Positions 9,901 to 18,290 are shown, numbered from the stretch's first letter. The stretch is 64,000 nucleotides of DNA from Pseudomonadota bacterium (GCA_035328405.1 DAOLIT010000028.1:577-64576), one strand, 5' to 3'. Made by a program: numbers and translations. Notes: generated by a model not told the origin, from the letters alone.

Positions 9901-12900
9901 CTGAATCCCTTTCGGACTCATCCTCGTCGTCCAGATCGTTCTCTGTATCCAGTGAGTTCGTCTTTGGTGGCGGTCCAATTTCAACCTGCGTCCCATGCAC
10001 ACGAGTTGTCACGCCAGTCATTGAATTGCGGAGTCCTGTTGAAGAAACCTCGGAACCGAAACTGTGAATGCCAGGCCCGCCCCCAAAGGTTCCGACTCCT
10101 CCAGTGATTCCCATGAGTCGAATCCCCTTGAGCGCATTGATAAGGACCTTGAGGGCATTCACAACGACCCCGTTCATGGCTGTGAGGTTCAGACCGGACG
10201 GCGTTTGCAACGACATTCCAGCCAAACTGGATAAGGTCATCCGTCCCAGACTTTGGTAGCTCGAACTTTTCTGCGAGCGGACCCACAACTTTTCGACGTC
10301 GATTTTCAGTTCACGACACTTGATGGTGATGGTGTCGCCGTGTTGTTCGATGCTGGCTTTGTGGTCTCCGTTTGCCGTCTCAATGCGGATGCCCTGTGGT
10401 CCCACGAGCACGGCGTGGCTGGCCTTGTGTGAAGGACAATCGATTTCCAAAGCAGCCCCACTCCCAGAGTCCATTCCAAACCGACAGTGGGAAGGAACGA
10501 GAGGTTCTCCTTGGGTCTCCGATCCGGGCCTGGGCAACGGAGGTAGTTCAGGCGGGGATTTGTCGTTGTTTTCTTCGCCTGTATCCTCGAAATCCTTGTC
10601 GCTGTCCTTGTCTCTGTCCTTTCCCCTGTCCTTGCCCCTGTCCTTGTTTCTGCTCTCGTCTCTGCTCTCGTCTCTGCTCTCGTCTCTGTCCTTGCCTCTT
10701 GGTATGTCGTTGGCAGCGAAACTCGGTACAGCATAGGGGTACTTTTCATCACCGATATCGCCCCATCCTTGATCGTACAAACCCCGTCTACTCGCTTGCT
10801 GGGGATTGTTTTTGCGGTTCGGTGTGCGTGCTCGTTCTGCGACGATGACATCCGCGTCAAATTCCGACTGTGGTTTTTCATCCAATTCGTGCGCAAGGAG
10901 TCCGTCCGCCTTCCGCATTCTGGCATTTTCGGATACGCGGGCATGCTTTTCTGTCCGCAGCATTTTTGTAGAGTGGAGTGTTTCTTTCGTGTCCGTTTCG
11001 TGAAGCGATTGTTCTGTCTTTGCGAGTTCCTGCAATTCTCGTTTGGCCTGTTCAGCGACGATCTTCCGCAGATTCCTCACAACCCAACGCGGAGTTTTTG
11101 CGGTGATGTCTGTTTTTCTTCCAACTTGGGGGACCGACTCCTGTGGGCCTCTGATGTGGTTTGCTTTTGGACTCTGTTTTGCATTTTTCTTCAAAAATTT
11201 CGCAGAGATGTTGTGCATGGCTGCGGCGTGCTTGGCCTGCGCTTTCAGGAGTGTCATCGTAATCACTTGGTCTGGAAGGCTTGCAGTAGGTCCGGGGACC
11301 TGTGCCTCAGCTTTCATGCCGCCCCCCATTCCTCCTGGCATGAGCGAAAGGAGTCCGGCTACCCCCGCCTTGCACTTGATCTCAAGCGCCTTGCTCAAAG
11401 CGAGCGTAGCCCTCTGGATGGCCAAATCCACCTTGGGACTGATCGGGGGAATCGACTTCTGTTCAATGCCGCTTTGGTACATGCGCAGAAACTGCATGGT
11501 GCTGTACCGTTGCCTTTGTATCTTGTATTCGGGCACGTCCTTGTCATACGTCAGTTTGTGTGTGACGCCGTTTGTGAAGTCGTGCCCGATCATGAGCTGG
11601 TTCCCCTGATTGCGCGACGGTATCGTCGCCATGGGTCGCCAGTCCAGATAACGACCCAGATCGGCTCTGTCGAAGTAGAGACTGACCTGTACGTGCTCCT
11701 TTCGATATGCAGGATAGAAGTACTGTCCAGGTTGAAAATTGGGAATGAAAGGGGTCTTGACGAGCTGGCAACCGAACACCGGCAATTGAATTTGATAGTA
11801 CTGCTGGCTACCAATAATCGTTGAGGCGTTTTCCCACGTTTGTGTTCCCGGCATGCCCATCATGGAATACACAATCCCTTCGACTTCCAGCGGATATCGG
11901 GGCTTCACATAGCTTGGTAAGGAGGGCTCTGTATCGCGGCCTGTTTTCAGAAAAACCGCCAAGGAACACGCAAACAGTCCCGTGCTTTTTGCGGACATCC
12001 TGGGCATCACATCGGTTTCGACGGTCTTGGCTTCAAACACCATGCGGGCGACGCGGTTGACTCGTCTGGCTGCTTTGGGAATCACAAATTCGTGGTTCGG
12101 AAAATCAAGGGGGTCCAAGTTGAAATCAAGACCCACACCCGGTGGAAAAGGCCTGGAAGGGAAGCGGCGAAAGTAGAGCAAAAACGCAGGAGATGGCTGG
12201 GAAAAGGTGGCCAACCGTTTGATGTATTCCATGGCAAAGTTCAACGGAACCGGCGTGGGAAACCACCTGTCTTGCTTCAGGGGAGAAAGCGCCTGCAAAT
12301 TCAGTACGGCTTGGGTACTCGCCACGCGCGCGGAGTCATTCCTAAGTCGCTCCTCATAAAAGCGTCCCATGGTTCCCGTTGTGACGATTTTCGCGATGTC
12401 TCTTGCAAAAATCTGGAACGGTTTGGGACGACGGGGGCGCTCCTGGATGACGTAGATGTTCTGTGAGTAATCGTAGGTCAGGGTGTGCTCCATCTCGTCG
12501 AGCCGCCAGACCAACCAGTCATAAAAACTCGCGCGCTCGGTAACGGAGTGTTGCCGATTCAGATTGAGGAAAATCTGGTCTTGTGGAAGCGAAAGGGGGA
12601 TGCTTTTCACCTTCACGTTGATGAGCAAATTGGCGTTCTTTTTGATCACCTGGGACATTGATGTGTTCGTGTACAGCTCAATGGGAAAATGTTGCTTCCA
12701 CAAAGCTTGCGCGGGGTCGCAAAACTCAATCGCATATTCACGGACAGAGACGATTAGATCATTGGCTTCGCGGCTTGTATGTTGACAGACCGTGTGCGAG
12801 GTGATGACCGCCGTAAGCAGCATCTCGATGGGAACCAAAGGGCCGTTCGGTGAAAGTCCTGGTTCCAGCAGTTGCGGGATTCCCACCATGGCAGGAACCG

Positions 12901-13849
12901 GCGCAACAATCGGAACCAATTTCGGGGGAAGGACCCCCGGAGGCGCAACATTCTGGAAAGACTTCAATGCGACGCTGATGTCAGGGGGGGGAATCGGTCT
13001 TGCGAGTTGTTCCAGAAGTACCTGTCTCTCTTTCAAGAGCTGCGCTTGCCCGGCGGCATTGCCGGCCAACTGGGCTTGGATCAGTTGGGTCGCAGCAGCG
13101 ATGGTTTCAGGGGGTTGAGGAACGACCAGCAAAAGGGAGAGATTTCCCGAAAGAGACGCGGCCTGTTCCTGCATGAGCAGCAGCGCACGTTGATTCTGAA
13201 GTAGACTCTGCTGAAGGATTGCCCGTTGCTGCTGAATGGCCGCCGCAACTGCCGCTGGAAGTCCTTGAAGAGCCTGGAGTGCCTGTGCAATCGCCGGACT
13301 GATGGGCACGACGACGGGCATCGTGGGAATCGCTCCGACAATTTGAGGAACCATTTCAAGGGTTAAAGGGGGCACGGCTTTCAGATCGTTGTACACAGGA
13401 CGCAAACACAGTTTGAGCATCAAGATGTTGTTGCCCGCAAACGCCTTGGCTACTTTGTCGGTATCCTTGATGTCGCCAAGGAGTTTTGTGTCGGACATCC
13501 GAAAACGCATCCGCCCCGTGAAACCATGGGTGGCCATGTCAAGAGAGAGGTGTGTGATGTTGTGTCCTTCAATCTTAATGGGAGGAAGTTGTCCCAAAAA
13601 AGGGGGCATGATGGGACTGCCCGGCTTCACCGCACCGGGCGGCGGTTTGTGGGGAGGCTTCGTTGCCAAGTCGATGTTATCGAGTTCCGTGAGTACAAGC
13701 GGAACGGGCGGGGGTGCAGGCAACACTGCCGGAGGAACCACTTGCACAATTTCAAACACAAAACTCAGCTGTTCGTGAAATGTAGGGGTCTCTTTGGCCA
13801 GCTCTTCTTCGAGGGTATCTGGCTCTTGTCCGGGGTGTTTACGATCCAT
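6920..13849 (-). CDS. vgrG: Giant VgrG-like spike protein (gp27-like, gp5 OB-like and beta-helix regions plus a ~940-aa C-terminal extension)
   Basis: ~2,310 aa. gp27-like segments: ITHLSLDMATHGFTGRMRFRMSD; EYAIEFCDPAQALWKQHFPIELYTNTSMSQVIKK; SFYDWLVWRLDEMEHTLTYDY. gp5 OB-like segment: YYQIQLPVFGCQLVKTPFIPNFQPGQYFYPAYRKEHVQVSLYFDRADLGRYLDW. Beta-helix-like repeats: GIRIETANGDHKASIEQHGDTITIKCRELKIDVEK...LNLTAMNGVVVNALKV. The ATG at 13849 (track TTG at 13855) overlaps the tssE end. Confidence 0.75.
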   Translation of the reverse strand: MDRKHPGQEPDTLEEELAKETPTFHEQLSFVFEIVQVVPPAVLPAPPPVPLVLTELDNIDLATKPPHKPPPGAVKPGSPIMPPFLGQLPPIKIEGHNITHLSLDMATHGFTGRMRFRMSDTKLLGDIKDTDKVAKAFAGNNILMLKLCLRPVYNDLKAVPPLTLEMVPQIVGAIPTMPVVVPISPAIAQALQALQGLPAAVAAAIQQQRAILQQSLLQNQRALLLMQEQAASLSGNLSLLLVVPQPPETIAAATQLIQAQLAGNAAGQAQLLKERQVLLEQLARPIPPPDISVALKSFQNVAPPGVLPPKLVPIVAPVPAMVGIPQLLEPGLSPNGPLVPIEMLLTAVITSHTVCQHTSREANDLIVSVREYAIEFCDPAQALWKQHFPIELYTNTSMSQVIKKNANLLINVKVKSIPLSLPQDQIFLNLNRQHSVTERASFYDWLVWRLDEMEHTLTYDYSQNIYVIQERPRRPKPFQIFARDIAKIVTTGTMGRFYEERLRNDSARVASTQAVLNLQALSPLKQDRWFPTPVPLNFAMEYIKRLATFSQPSPAFLLYFRRFPSRPFPPGVGLDFNLDPLDFPNHEFVIPKAARRVNRVARMVFEAKTVETDVMPRMSAKSTGLFACSLAVFLKTGRDTEPSLPSYVKPRYPLEVEGIVYSMMGMPGTQTWENASTIIGSQQYYQIQLPVFGCQLVKTPFIPNFQPGQYFYPAYRKEHVQVSLYFDRADLGRYLDWRPMATIPSRNQGNQLMIGHDFTNGVTHKLTYDKDVPEYKIQRQRYSTMQFLRMYQSGIEQKSIPPISPKVDLAIQRATLALSKALEIKCKAGVAGLLSLMPGGMGGGMKAEAQVPGPTASLPDQVITMTLLKAQAKHAAAMHNISAKFLKKNAKQSPKANHIRGPQESVPQVGRKTDITAKTPRWVVRNLRKIVAEQAKRELQELAKTEQSLHETDTKETLHSTKMLRTEKHARVSENARMRKADGLLAHELDEKPQSEFDADVIVAERARTPNRKNNPQQASRRGLYDQGWGDIGDEKYPYAVPSFAANDIPRGKDRDESRDESRDESRNKDRGKDRGKDRDKDSDKDFEDTGEENNDKSPPELPPLPRPGSETQGEPLVPSHCRFGMDSGSGAALEIDCPSHKASHAVLVGPQGIRIETANGDHKASIEQHGDTITIKCRELKIDVEKLWVRSQKSSSYQSLGRMTLSSLAGMSLQTPSGLNLTAMNGVVVNALKVLINALKGIRLMGITGGVGTFGGGPGIHSFGSEVSSTGLRNSMTGVTTRVHGTQVEIGPPPKTNSLDTENDLDDEDESERDSEKDSERVSKKDSKKDAEKASMEKSHKDLGRETHEDSERDSEQDSERDSERSQKNSEPIWRENSEDAKTASSLVMRLISPTEEAVRQRGTKRVSRKRTEQQETESPEDDKQPQHTESRAAQHEQEAAESSADDREPHSRKQRWRDRQNDAFAHDKQKKVEVQRAEPKQTVASVTSSAKEAAERIGNSLFGEVARSGPIPSQKPGNVEAAAKLLAKIEALANGGLDDKFGDSESTKSHLLRGAPQQDPYVVMERLVSLFSHMIWEGMTPNDMLHTFQIASAGAPHPIAELEDMLKAFQARTNLEQDSDAGHPEHLTPYQVQFYLALQMYLAELGHDLPPVESEPTNPEHTDLSDAPPPSHSLDDVESITNADKPSNVVEIPGLSEASLLALLEAIHRDRLLDVLRYRPLLIPQLLSAALAGQAGVLSGNHSAPLRNIAEAIFDARPELAVLFILLGLAGRADLLPPSIAPHAIRGYQLANMSSLEVAELRAQLLQKEVPNHDTETIGVARDHEPNKLQPIVDFAAAATEAGHLPRSSAIAIAENPIVALHRLPELVAAMQVLKITADIVEGKPPRMDAIAEAAASLADDSYKDTSSRAIEILKPDPKSVVNASMQTAEKKFAQEIEKGAIKEAGQGTVKGQPTTQQKTGTDAATPSSKEKTSQTTKDVVQEIGQKSTTDPSKGTAKGAAKGAAKETPKGTAKETPKGAAKETPKGTAKETTEKSAKEGSESFPKRIVLDAITETVQSAEKGVAKTQVSFSQKEAPKSASRALVKDWETVETILKAAPTATLLSLPGENILSVGASILGAALSIGEKTPEKTPDGNSGSIRKLSDLKPWLHVLSQHNDVAELMNQGQRAVAAKQLPQDLAHVLKKTLEILKTRALHEGGDQGKTQRGTAENETALAELTEEWLKTEGEALEPQNQKSELAFLEPGKGSQISNKWEQTEGKEGPLEPIGEDWLAKVLAFAKNVMSAAKQLAPRTEQAADKTAQHFKE
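7749..7870. repeat. In-frame 24-bp tandem repeat encoding (AKETPKGT/A)n in the VgrG C-terminal extension
   Basis: The ttgca units start at 7756, 7780, 7804 and 7828 (period 24), then degenerate to period 12. The protein reads KGAAKGAAKETPKGTAKETPKGAAKETPKGTAKETTEK. Confidence 0.9.
9753..9800. repeat. In-frame 12-bp tandem repeat (cgttcggaatcy x4, one unit diverged) encoding (DSER/DSEQ)n in VgrG
   Basis: Read directly. The protein reads EDSERDSEQDSERDSERS, inside a wider acidic low-complexity tract (~9740-9960). Confidence 0.85.
10649..10684. repeat. In-frame 12-bp tandem repeat (tctgctctcgtc x3) encoding (RDES)n in VgrG
   Basis: Three identical 12-mers read directly. The protein reads KDRDESRDESRDESRNKDRGKDRGKDRDKDSDKD, inside a wider tract (~10575-10700). 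Confidence 0.9.
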
Positions 13850-14225
13850 GCACAAGCTCCACAGTCACACTCCCGCTAGGTGTATGAAAGCGAATGAGCA
13901 ACTGACAGGGGAACCCCCAATAGCTAGACAGGATGGTGCCTTGCAGCTCAATGTAAAGCCGAAGTGTGTTGTCTCTGCCGTGTACTTTTAGACTGTTCAC
14001 GCGCAACCTGGGTTCGTACGTTGCGATGGTGTCGTTGATTTCACGCAGAAGAGTCTGTGTGGCGGCACTTCCGCCCGATTCCTTCAAGTAGTCTGCGGTG
14101 CCAAAGCTGTGAAGGAGTGAACCAAAGCCCCGGCGCGCATTGAGCACATGGTCTAGATTCCGCACCACGCTTTGTGCCTCTGTATCCTTGGGTGCGTCCG
14201 GCAAAAAGCGATTCAAAAACGACAC
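13839..14225 (-). CDS. tssE: TssE (gp25-like) baseplate wedge protein
   Basis: 128 aa fitting the GPW_gp25 pattern: VVRNLDHVLNARRGFGSLLHSFG...LLREINDTIATYEPRLRVNSLKV...LRLYIELQG. The GTG start is preceded by GGGGGAG. Confidence 0.85.
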   Translation of the reverse strand: MSFLNRFLPDAPKDTEAQSVVRNLDHVLNARRGFGSLLHSFGTADYLKESGGSAATQTLLREINDTIATYEPRLRVNSLKVHGRDNTLRLYIELQGTILSSYWGFPCQLLIRFHTPSGSVTVELVHGS

Positions 14226-14255
14226 GGTTTCTCCCCCTCATCATTCAGTGAAAAC

Positions 14256-15500
14256 CTAGCGCCAGAACAGAAATGCGTTGGCTTTTTCAAGAACCGGGTG
14301 GACGTAGAAAGCGACAGCAGACTCGCGCAGAACGTGGTTCCATTCTTCGCCCCCTTGCAACAAATAAAAATCGACCTCTGGGCCAAAAGTATGTTGAAAA
14401 GGGGGTCTTTCCATATGTTTGAAAGGGACACCCCGCAACACCAAACGGTGTACGAGCGCAAGGCGGGACGTACACGACACTTTGACCTCGGCCAGATCAA
14501 TCCGTTCATGCAAGGTCGCGCGTTGGATCAACAGGTAAACTTCTTGGGAGTCCTTCACTTCTTCGGGAAGACCGCTCAGCGAAAACAGACCATTGTTCTT
14601 GACGAAGCGCAGATGTGTCGATCGCGTGTACACCGGACGCAAATGTCGATTCAGTTCTGATAGCAAACTGAAAAACGAAATAGCCAATTCGTCGTGTCGA
14701 TAAGGAAAAGAAGGATGATCTGGAACGACTTCATGAAAAGTACAGAGTTCCAAAAGGAGCCTGCGCAGAACAACAAACAGGTCGTATGGATGCAAAGGAA
14801 CGTGGTGCTTTAGATCAGCCAGCGTGGACAAGGTTTCGTACAAAAGGGCCAGACAGCGACGCATCGCTTGCAAGCGTTCGGGACGCAAAAACGTGTCTTG
14901 AAGCTGGGCCACCATTTGCGGTTCCAGATTGGTCAAACGGGTTTCAAGATCCGACAGGGGTTGAAACAAATATGGGGTCGTGTTCACTTGCAAAAATGGG
15001 GGAACGTAGGTATTTGCGAGTTTCCAACTTCCGTCGGCTTCTTTGCGAAAATCGCCCAGTTTCAGCGAGCCGACAGCGCGTTCGTGTTTGTCGCTGATGC
15101 TTAAGTAGGCGCGGTGCAGGACACGCTCCACGACGCGAGGATCGGAATCGTAGGTGCGGTTCCCCTCGCGGCCCAGCTCCTCATCTGTGATGTGAACATA
15201 GACAGGGAGGTAGGTCGCTGAAGTGGCCTTGAGAGAGAGGGGAGATACGATCGCATTGCCCGGCACACTCACGATCTGTCCATCTGGAAGGAGGATCGTG
15301 AGTGCGCTCAAACTCAACACCCCGTCTTCCAGCAGGGGTTCAGAAAAGGACAGTTCCGCCACCCCGTAACAGGGGCGTCCCAAAAAGCGCGTACGGAGGT
15401 CGGCCTGCGCAAAGGAGGTCGCTTGTTGGGCACGCAAGTGTTCGGGCAACACAGTCTGCCCAAGAAACCAACGAACAGGGGCGATTTTGAGGTGGCTCAT
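14256..15500 (-). CDS. tssK: TssK (ImpJ/VasE-like) baseplate protein
   Basis: The N-terminus reads MSHLKIAPVRWFLGQTVLPEHLRAQQ...YGVAELSFSEPLLEDGVLSLSALTILLPDGQIV, which is the TssK signature. I chose the ATG at 15500 (track start 15533) because the upstream gene stops at 15509. Confidence 0.85.
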   Translation of the reverse strand: MSHLKIAPVRWFLGQTVLPEHLRAQQATSFAQADLRTRFLGRPCYGVAELSFSEPLLEDGVLSLSALTILLPDGQIVSVPGNAIVSPLSLKATSATYLPVYVHITDEELGREGNRTYDSDPRVVERVLHRAYLSISDKHERAVGSLKLGDFRKEADGSWKLANTYVPPFLQVNTTPYLFQPLSDLETRLTNLEPQMVAQLQDTFLRPERLQAMRRCLALLYETLSTLADLKHHVPLHPYDLFVVLRRLLLELCTFHEVVPDHPSFPYRHDELAISFFSLLSELNRHLRPVYTRSTHLRFVKNNGLFSLSGLPEEVKDSQEVYLLIQRATLHERIDLAEVKVSCTSRLALVHRLVLRGVPFKHMERPPFQHTFGPEVDFYLLQGGEEWNHVLRESAVAFYVHPVLEKANAFLFWR

Positions 15501-15508
15501 GGCGATGG

Positions 15509-16129
15509 CTACGTGGGGTTTGTGCGGCCCCACATCTTGGTGATCGGTGCCTTGTCTTTCGCAGCCAAGATGATCGACTGATTCAGACCTGCGGGGACGA
15601 TCTTGATCGAAAACGCATAGAAAGAGTTGTCTTGGATAGACAGGTCGTCATTGTCGTTGAGGTCGATCGCCAGCTCGCGGTCCCCTTCCTTTAAGACTTT
15701 GCCTTTCAAGAGTGGTGCATCAAAGCATGCATAGTATTTCTTGGCTGTTGAGAGTGGATCGTATTCAAAGACTTTCACTGCAAAGTCTACACTGATATCT
15801 GTCAGACTTGCGTACAACAGATTGACCAGCGTCTGTTTGAGCATAATGGGAACAAGTCCCTCTAGGATAATGGGATCAGTCGCTCCCAAGTCCCAGCGCA
15901 CTCGCGTCAACAGAGCCACCGCATTGACCTGCCCAGCGGTCTCGGCCCCACCCGCTCCCGCCGCCGCTGCTGGCGCCGCCGCAGCCAGACTCGGATCTTT
16001 GCAGGCGATGATGAAGGGGGTGACGATCAGTGACAAATCAAATTTGGCCATATAACCAAATGGTGCGCGCGAGTTGGGTTTGTGATTGATTGCTTGTTCG
16101 GGTGACAGTCGTTTGTCAAATACAAACAT
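15509..16129 (-). CDS. Hypothetical 206-aa protein occupying the Hcp/TssD position
   Basis: A strong AAGGAG sits 6 nt before the ATG. The gene lies between tssC and tssK, where hcp often sits. The sequence has alternating hydrophobic patterns that look beta-rich, plus an Ala/Gly-rich loop (AAAAPAAAAGAGGAETAG). I see no resemblance to canonical Hcp N-termini. Confidence 0.7.
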   Translation of the reverse strand: MFVFDKRLSPEQAINHKPNSRAPFGYMAKFDLSLIVTPFIIACKDPSLAAAAPAAAAGAGGAETAGQVNAVALLTRVRWDLGATDPIILEGLVPIMLKQTLVNLLYASLTDISVDFAVKVFEYDPLSTAKKYYACFDAPLLKGKVLKEGDRELAIDLNDNDDLSIQDNSFYAFSIKIVPAGLNQSIILAAKDKAPITKMWGRTNPT

Positions 16130-16177
16130 GTGTGTTCTCCTTCGTTGTGCTTGTACGTCTGCAAGAAAAGGGAGTCG

Positions 16178-17665
16178 TTATCCCAGCCGACTTTCGAGCT
16201 TGAGTTCGATGTCCATTCCTTCAAACTGGATGTGCGGCAAAATGGAAACCTTGCAATCGTAGAAGCCGATGCGACCAGGCACAGCGTCCACCTTCACAGC
16301 GCAGGCCTTGAATGGAAAGCGGCGCATGGTGACGTCGTTCGGAGTCACCGCCGTGGTTACGTAGCGCGACAGCCAGCTCGTAAGTTGTTCCTTCAGGGAT
16401 TTGTCGTCTGAATTGTCGCCGATGTTGTCGCGCACGATGCTCTTGAAGTAGTGGGCGATTCGCGAAACAGAGAACGTGTACGCCAGGTTTGTGACCAGTT
16501 GGGAATTTTCGGTGTCCTTCGGATCGCGATATTCCTTGGGAAGCTTGATTGCGGGGACGCTGAAGAACACGGCTTCTGCTGTGCCTTTGCGATGTACCAG
16601 GGACGCAATTCCACAACGGGTAAACTCCAATTCCCTGTAGTCGGGAATGTACATCTCGATCGGAATCCGAACTTCTGATTCTCCACGGACGTTGAAGGTA
16701 TCGACTGGAAGACCCGCGATATGTCCGCCGCCCCCTGGTCCGCGGATGTACTGACACCAACCGGATTGTTCAAAGGAGCGGATCAGGTTGCGCGCCAACA
16801 GCAAAGCAGAGTTTCCCCACAGGTAGTTTTGTCGTTGTCCGCGAGTCACTTCCACAAACTGAAGTCCGGGGCTCGGATTCGTTTCCGGGTTCCAGGGCAG
16901 ACGAATCACGTACCGAGGGAAAGCCAGGCCGACGTATGCGGCTTCGGGGGTGTCCCGCAGGGCCAACCATTGACCGAATTTGGGTTGACTGAAAACACCC
17001 TCCAGGTCGCGAATGGCCTCGACTTCCTCGATGTCTTTGCAACCAAAAAACTGTGGTTTCACAGAGGTCAAAAACGGCGCGTGTGCCGCTGCCGCCACCT
17101 TGGACATATTCCGCAACCAGAACAGGTCGGCAGGGGACGTATCAAACTCATAAATACCCAACAAACATCCGTAGGGTTTGCCTCCGTACTGGTCGTACTC
17201 TGTCTTGTAGACTTTGCTGAACAGCGCGCCGGCGAACACGTCGGTGGAATTCGAGTCAAAATCCTGGTGCAGTTCTTCCTTGCTGGCGTCGAGCAACGCG
17301 ATCTGGATGTTGGATTCGAAATTGGTGGTTTCCACAAGACCATTGATTCCGCGCCAGGTGGCTTCCAGATCCTGAAAAACAGGGTGATGCAGAATTTCGT
17401 TCAACTGATCGTTCACCGTCTGGTCAATCTGGCGCACGACCTCGAGCACTTTGCCCTTTTCGATTCGCTCTGCAGACTCATCCAGGTTGCACAGCATCGC
17501 AGCCAAACCGGTCAGCAGACGCTCCTCCTGCGTGACATCCTCACGCGCAGCAACAAAGCGGTCTGAAAACATGCGGGTCAGACTTTTGGTTTCTTGTCCA
17601 AGTTGAGCGGCTTCCAGAATGCGAGGCAGAATGCGCGTCTGGGTACCAGTGGGTGTCTCGGCCAT
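16178..17665 (-). CDS. tssC: TssC / VipB contractile sheath large subunit
   Basis: 495 aa with classic TssC blocks: HHPVFQDLEATWRGINGLV, YGGKPYGCLLGIYEF, AAAAHAPFLTSV, AYVGLAFPRYVIRLPW, YLWGNSALLLARNLIRSF, RIPIEMYIPDYRELEF, VSRIAHYFK. AAGGAG precedes the ATG. Confidence 0.97.
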   Translation of the reverse strand: MAETPTGTQTRILPRILEAAQLGQETKSLTRMFSDRFVAAREDVTQEERLLTGLAAMLCNLDESAERIEKGKVLEVVRQIDQTVNDQLNEILHHPVFQDLEATWRGINGLVETTNFESNIQIALLDASKEELHQDFDSNSTDVFAGALFSKVYKTEYDQYGGKPYGCLLGIYEFDTSPADLFWLRNMSKVAAAAHAPFLTSVKPQFFGCKDIEEVEAIRDLEGVFSQPKFGQWLALRDTPEAAYVGLAFPRYVIRLPWNPETNPSPGLQFVEVTRGQRQNYLWGNSALLLARNLIRSFEQSGWCQYIRGPGGGGHIAGLPVDTFNVRGESEVRIPIEMYIPDYRELEFTRCGIASLVHRKGTAEAVFFSVPAIKLPKEYRDPKDTENSQLVTNLAYTFSVSRIAHYFKSIVRDNIGDNSDDKSLKEQLTSWLSRYVTTAVTPNDVTMRRFPFKACAVKVDAVPGRIGFYDCKVSILPHIQFEGMDIELKLESRLG

Positions 17666-17747
17666 AACGTACTCCTTTGGTTTCTGTTTCCGTCGCTGGG
17701 TTCCTCTTCAAACGGCAACATATTCGTTTGGGAATCCAATTCTGTTT

Positions 17748-18290
17748 CTACGCAAGCACCGTTCGGGGGGCCAACTCCTTGCGCGACAAAAGCTTCAGAT
17801 TCCCAAAGGGTTCAAGTTCCTTCCGCAGCTGCGCGCGTTCTGCTGCATTCCCAAGAATCTGTTGGAGCAGATTGCGCACATCCTTGCGGTTGTCCACTTG
17901 AGCCATCATTTCAAGGAGCACTTTTCGCAGAAGGAGAAGCGACCGAATCTGCGGAATGTTGCTGGCGACCTCAGCCGGATTGAAAGACTTGCGGTTCGTG
18001 ATGGGAATGTCGACTTCAAGCTCTCCAGCCTCGGGGTCGAGGTGATTTTTTGCGGCGAGCTTCAAACGGATTTTCATGTTTTCCATGAGCTCGTCGATGT
18101 TCTTGGCATCCAGGTTGCGTAGCCGGCGCGTTTCCAGATCGACACTGCGATCGGTAGACGTTCCATGCGACAAATCTGCCAGCACGATCAAACGAAACGG
18201 GAGTTCCACTTCCTTGAGCTGACCTTGCACATTGGTTTCGTAAGTCAGGTTGACGCGGGAGCGCGGGATCAATTGTTGAATCGACTTCAC
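17748..18290 (-). CDS. tssB: TssB / VipA contractile sheath small subunit
   Basis: The 180-aa product starts at GTG 18290 (VKSIQQLIPRSRVNLTYETNVQGQLKEVELPFRLIVLADLS...), preceded by AAGGAGGA 5 nt upstream. This matches the TssB pattern (R.RV.I.Y......veLPF...VlaDls; FNPAEVASNIPQIRSLLLLRKVL). The track ORF extends to 18542 with no support. Confidence 0.9.
   Translation of the reverse strand: MKSIQQLIPRSRVNLTYETNVQGQLKEVELPFRLIVLADLSHGTSTDRSVDLETRRLRNLDAKNIDELMENMKIRLKLAAKNHLDPEAGELEVDIPITNRKSFNPAEVASNIPQIRSLLLLRKVLLEMMAQVDNRKDVRNLLQQILGNAAERAQLRKELEPFGNLKLLSRKELAPRTVLA

Noticed and set aside
7749-10700. Tandem repeats considered as a CRISPR array or non-coding satellite.
   Set aside because: The periods are 12 or 24 bp, there are no unique spacers, and all units are in frame within the vgrG ORF encoding charged low-complexity peptide. 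This is coding microsatellite, not CRISPR.
10769-11824. 351-aa plus-strand ORF antisense to vgrG. Similar long antisense ORFs occur at 16721..17566 (281 aa, antisense to tssC), 23378..24175 (265 aa, antisense to the kinase), 24994..25740 (248 aa) and 27719..28360 (213 aa, antisense to the regulator).
   Set aside because: Each lies entirely inside a gene with clear family motifs on the other strand. Their products are Cys/Arg/Ser-rich low-complexity sequence with no motifs and no ribosome-binding sites. This is typical shadow-ORF behaviour.
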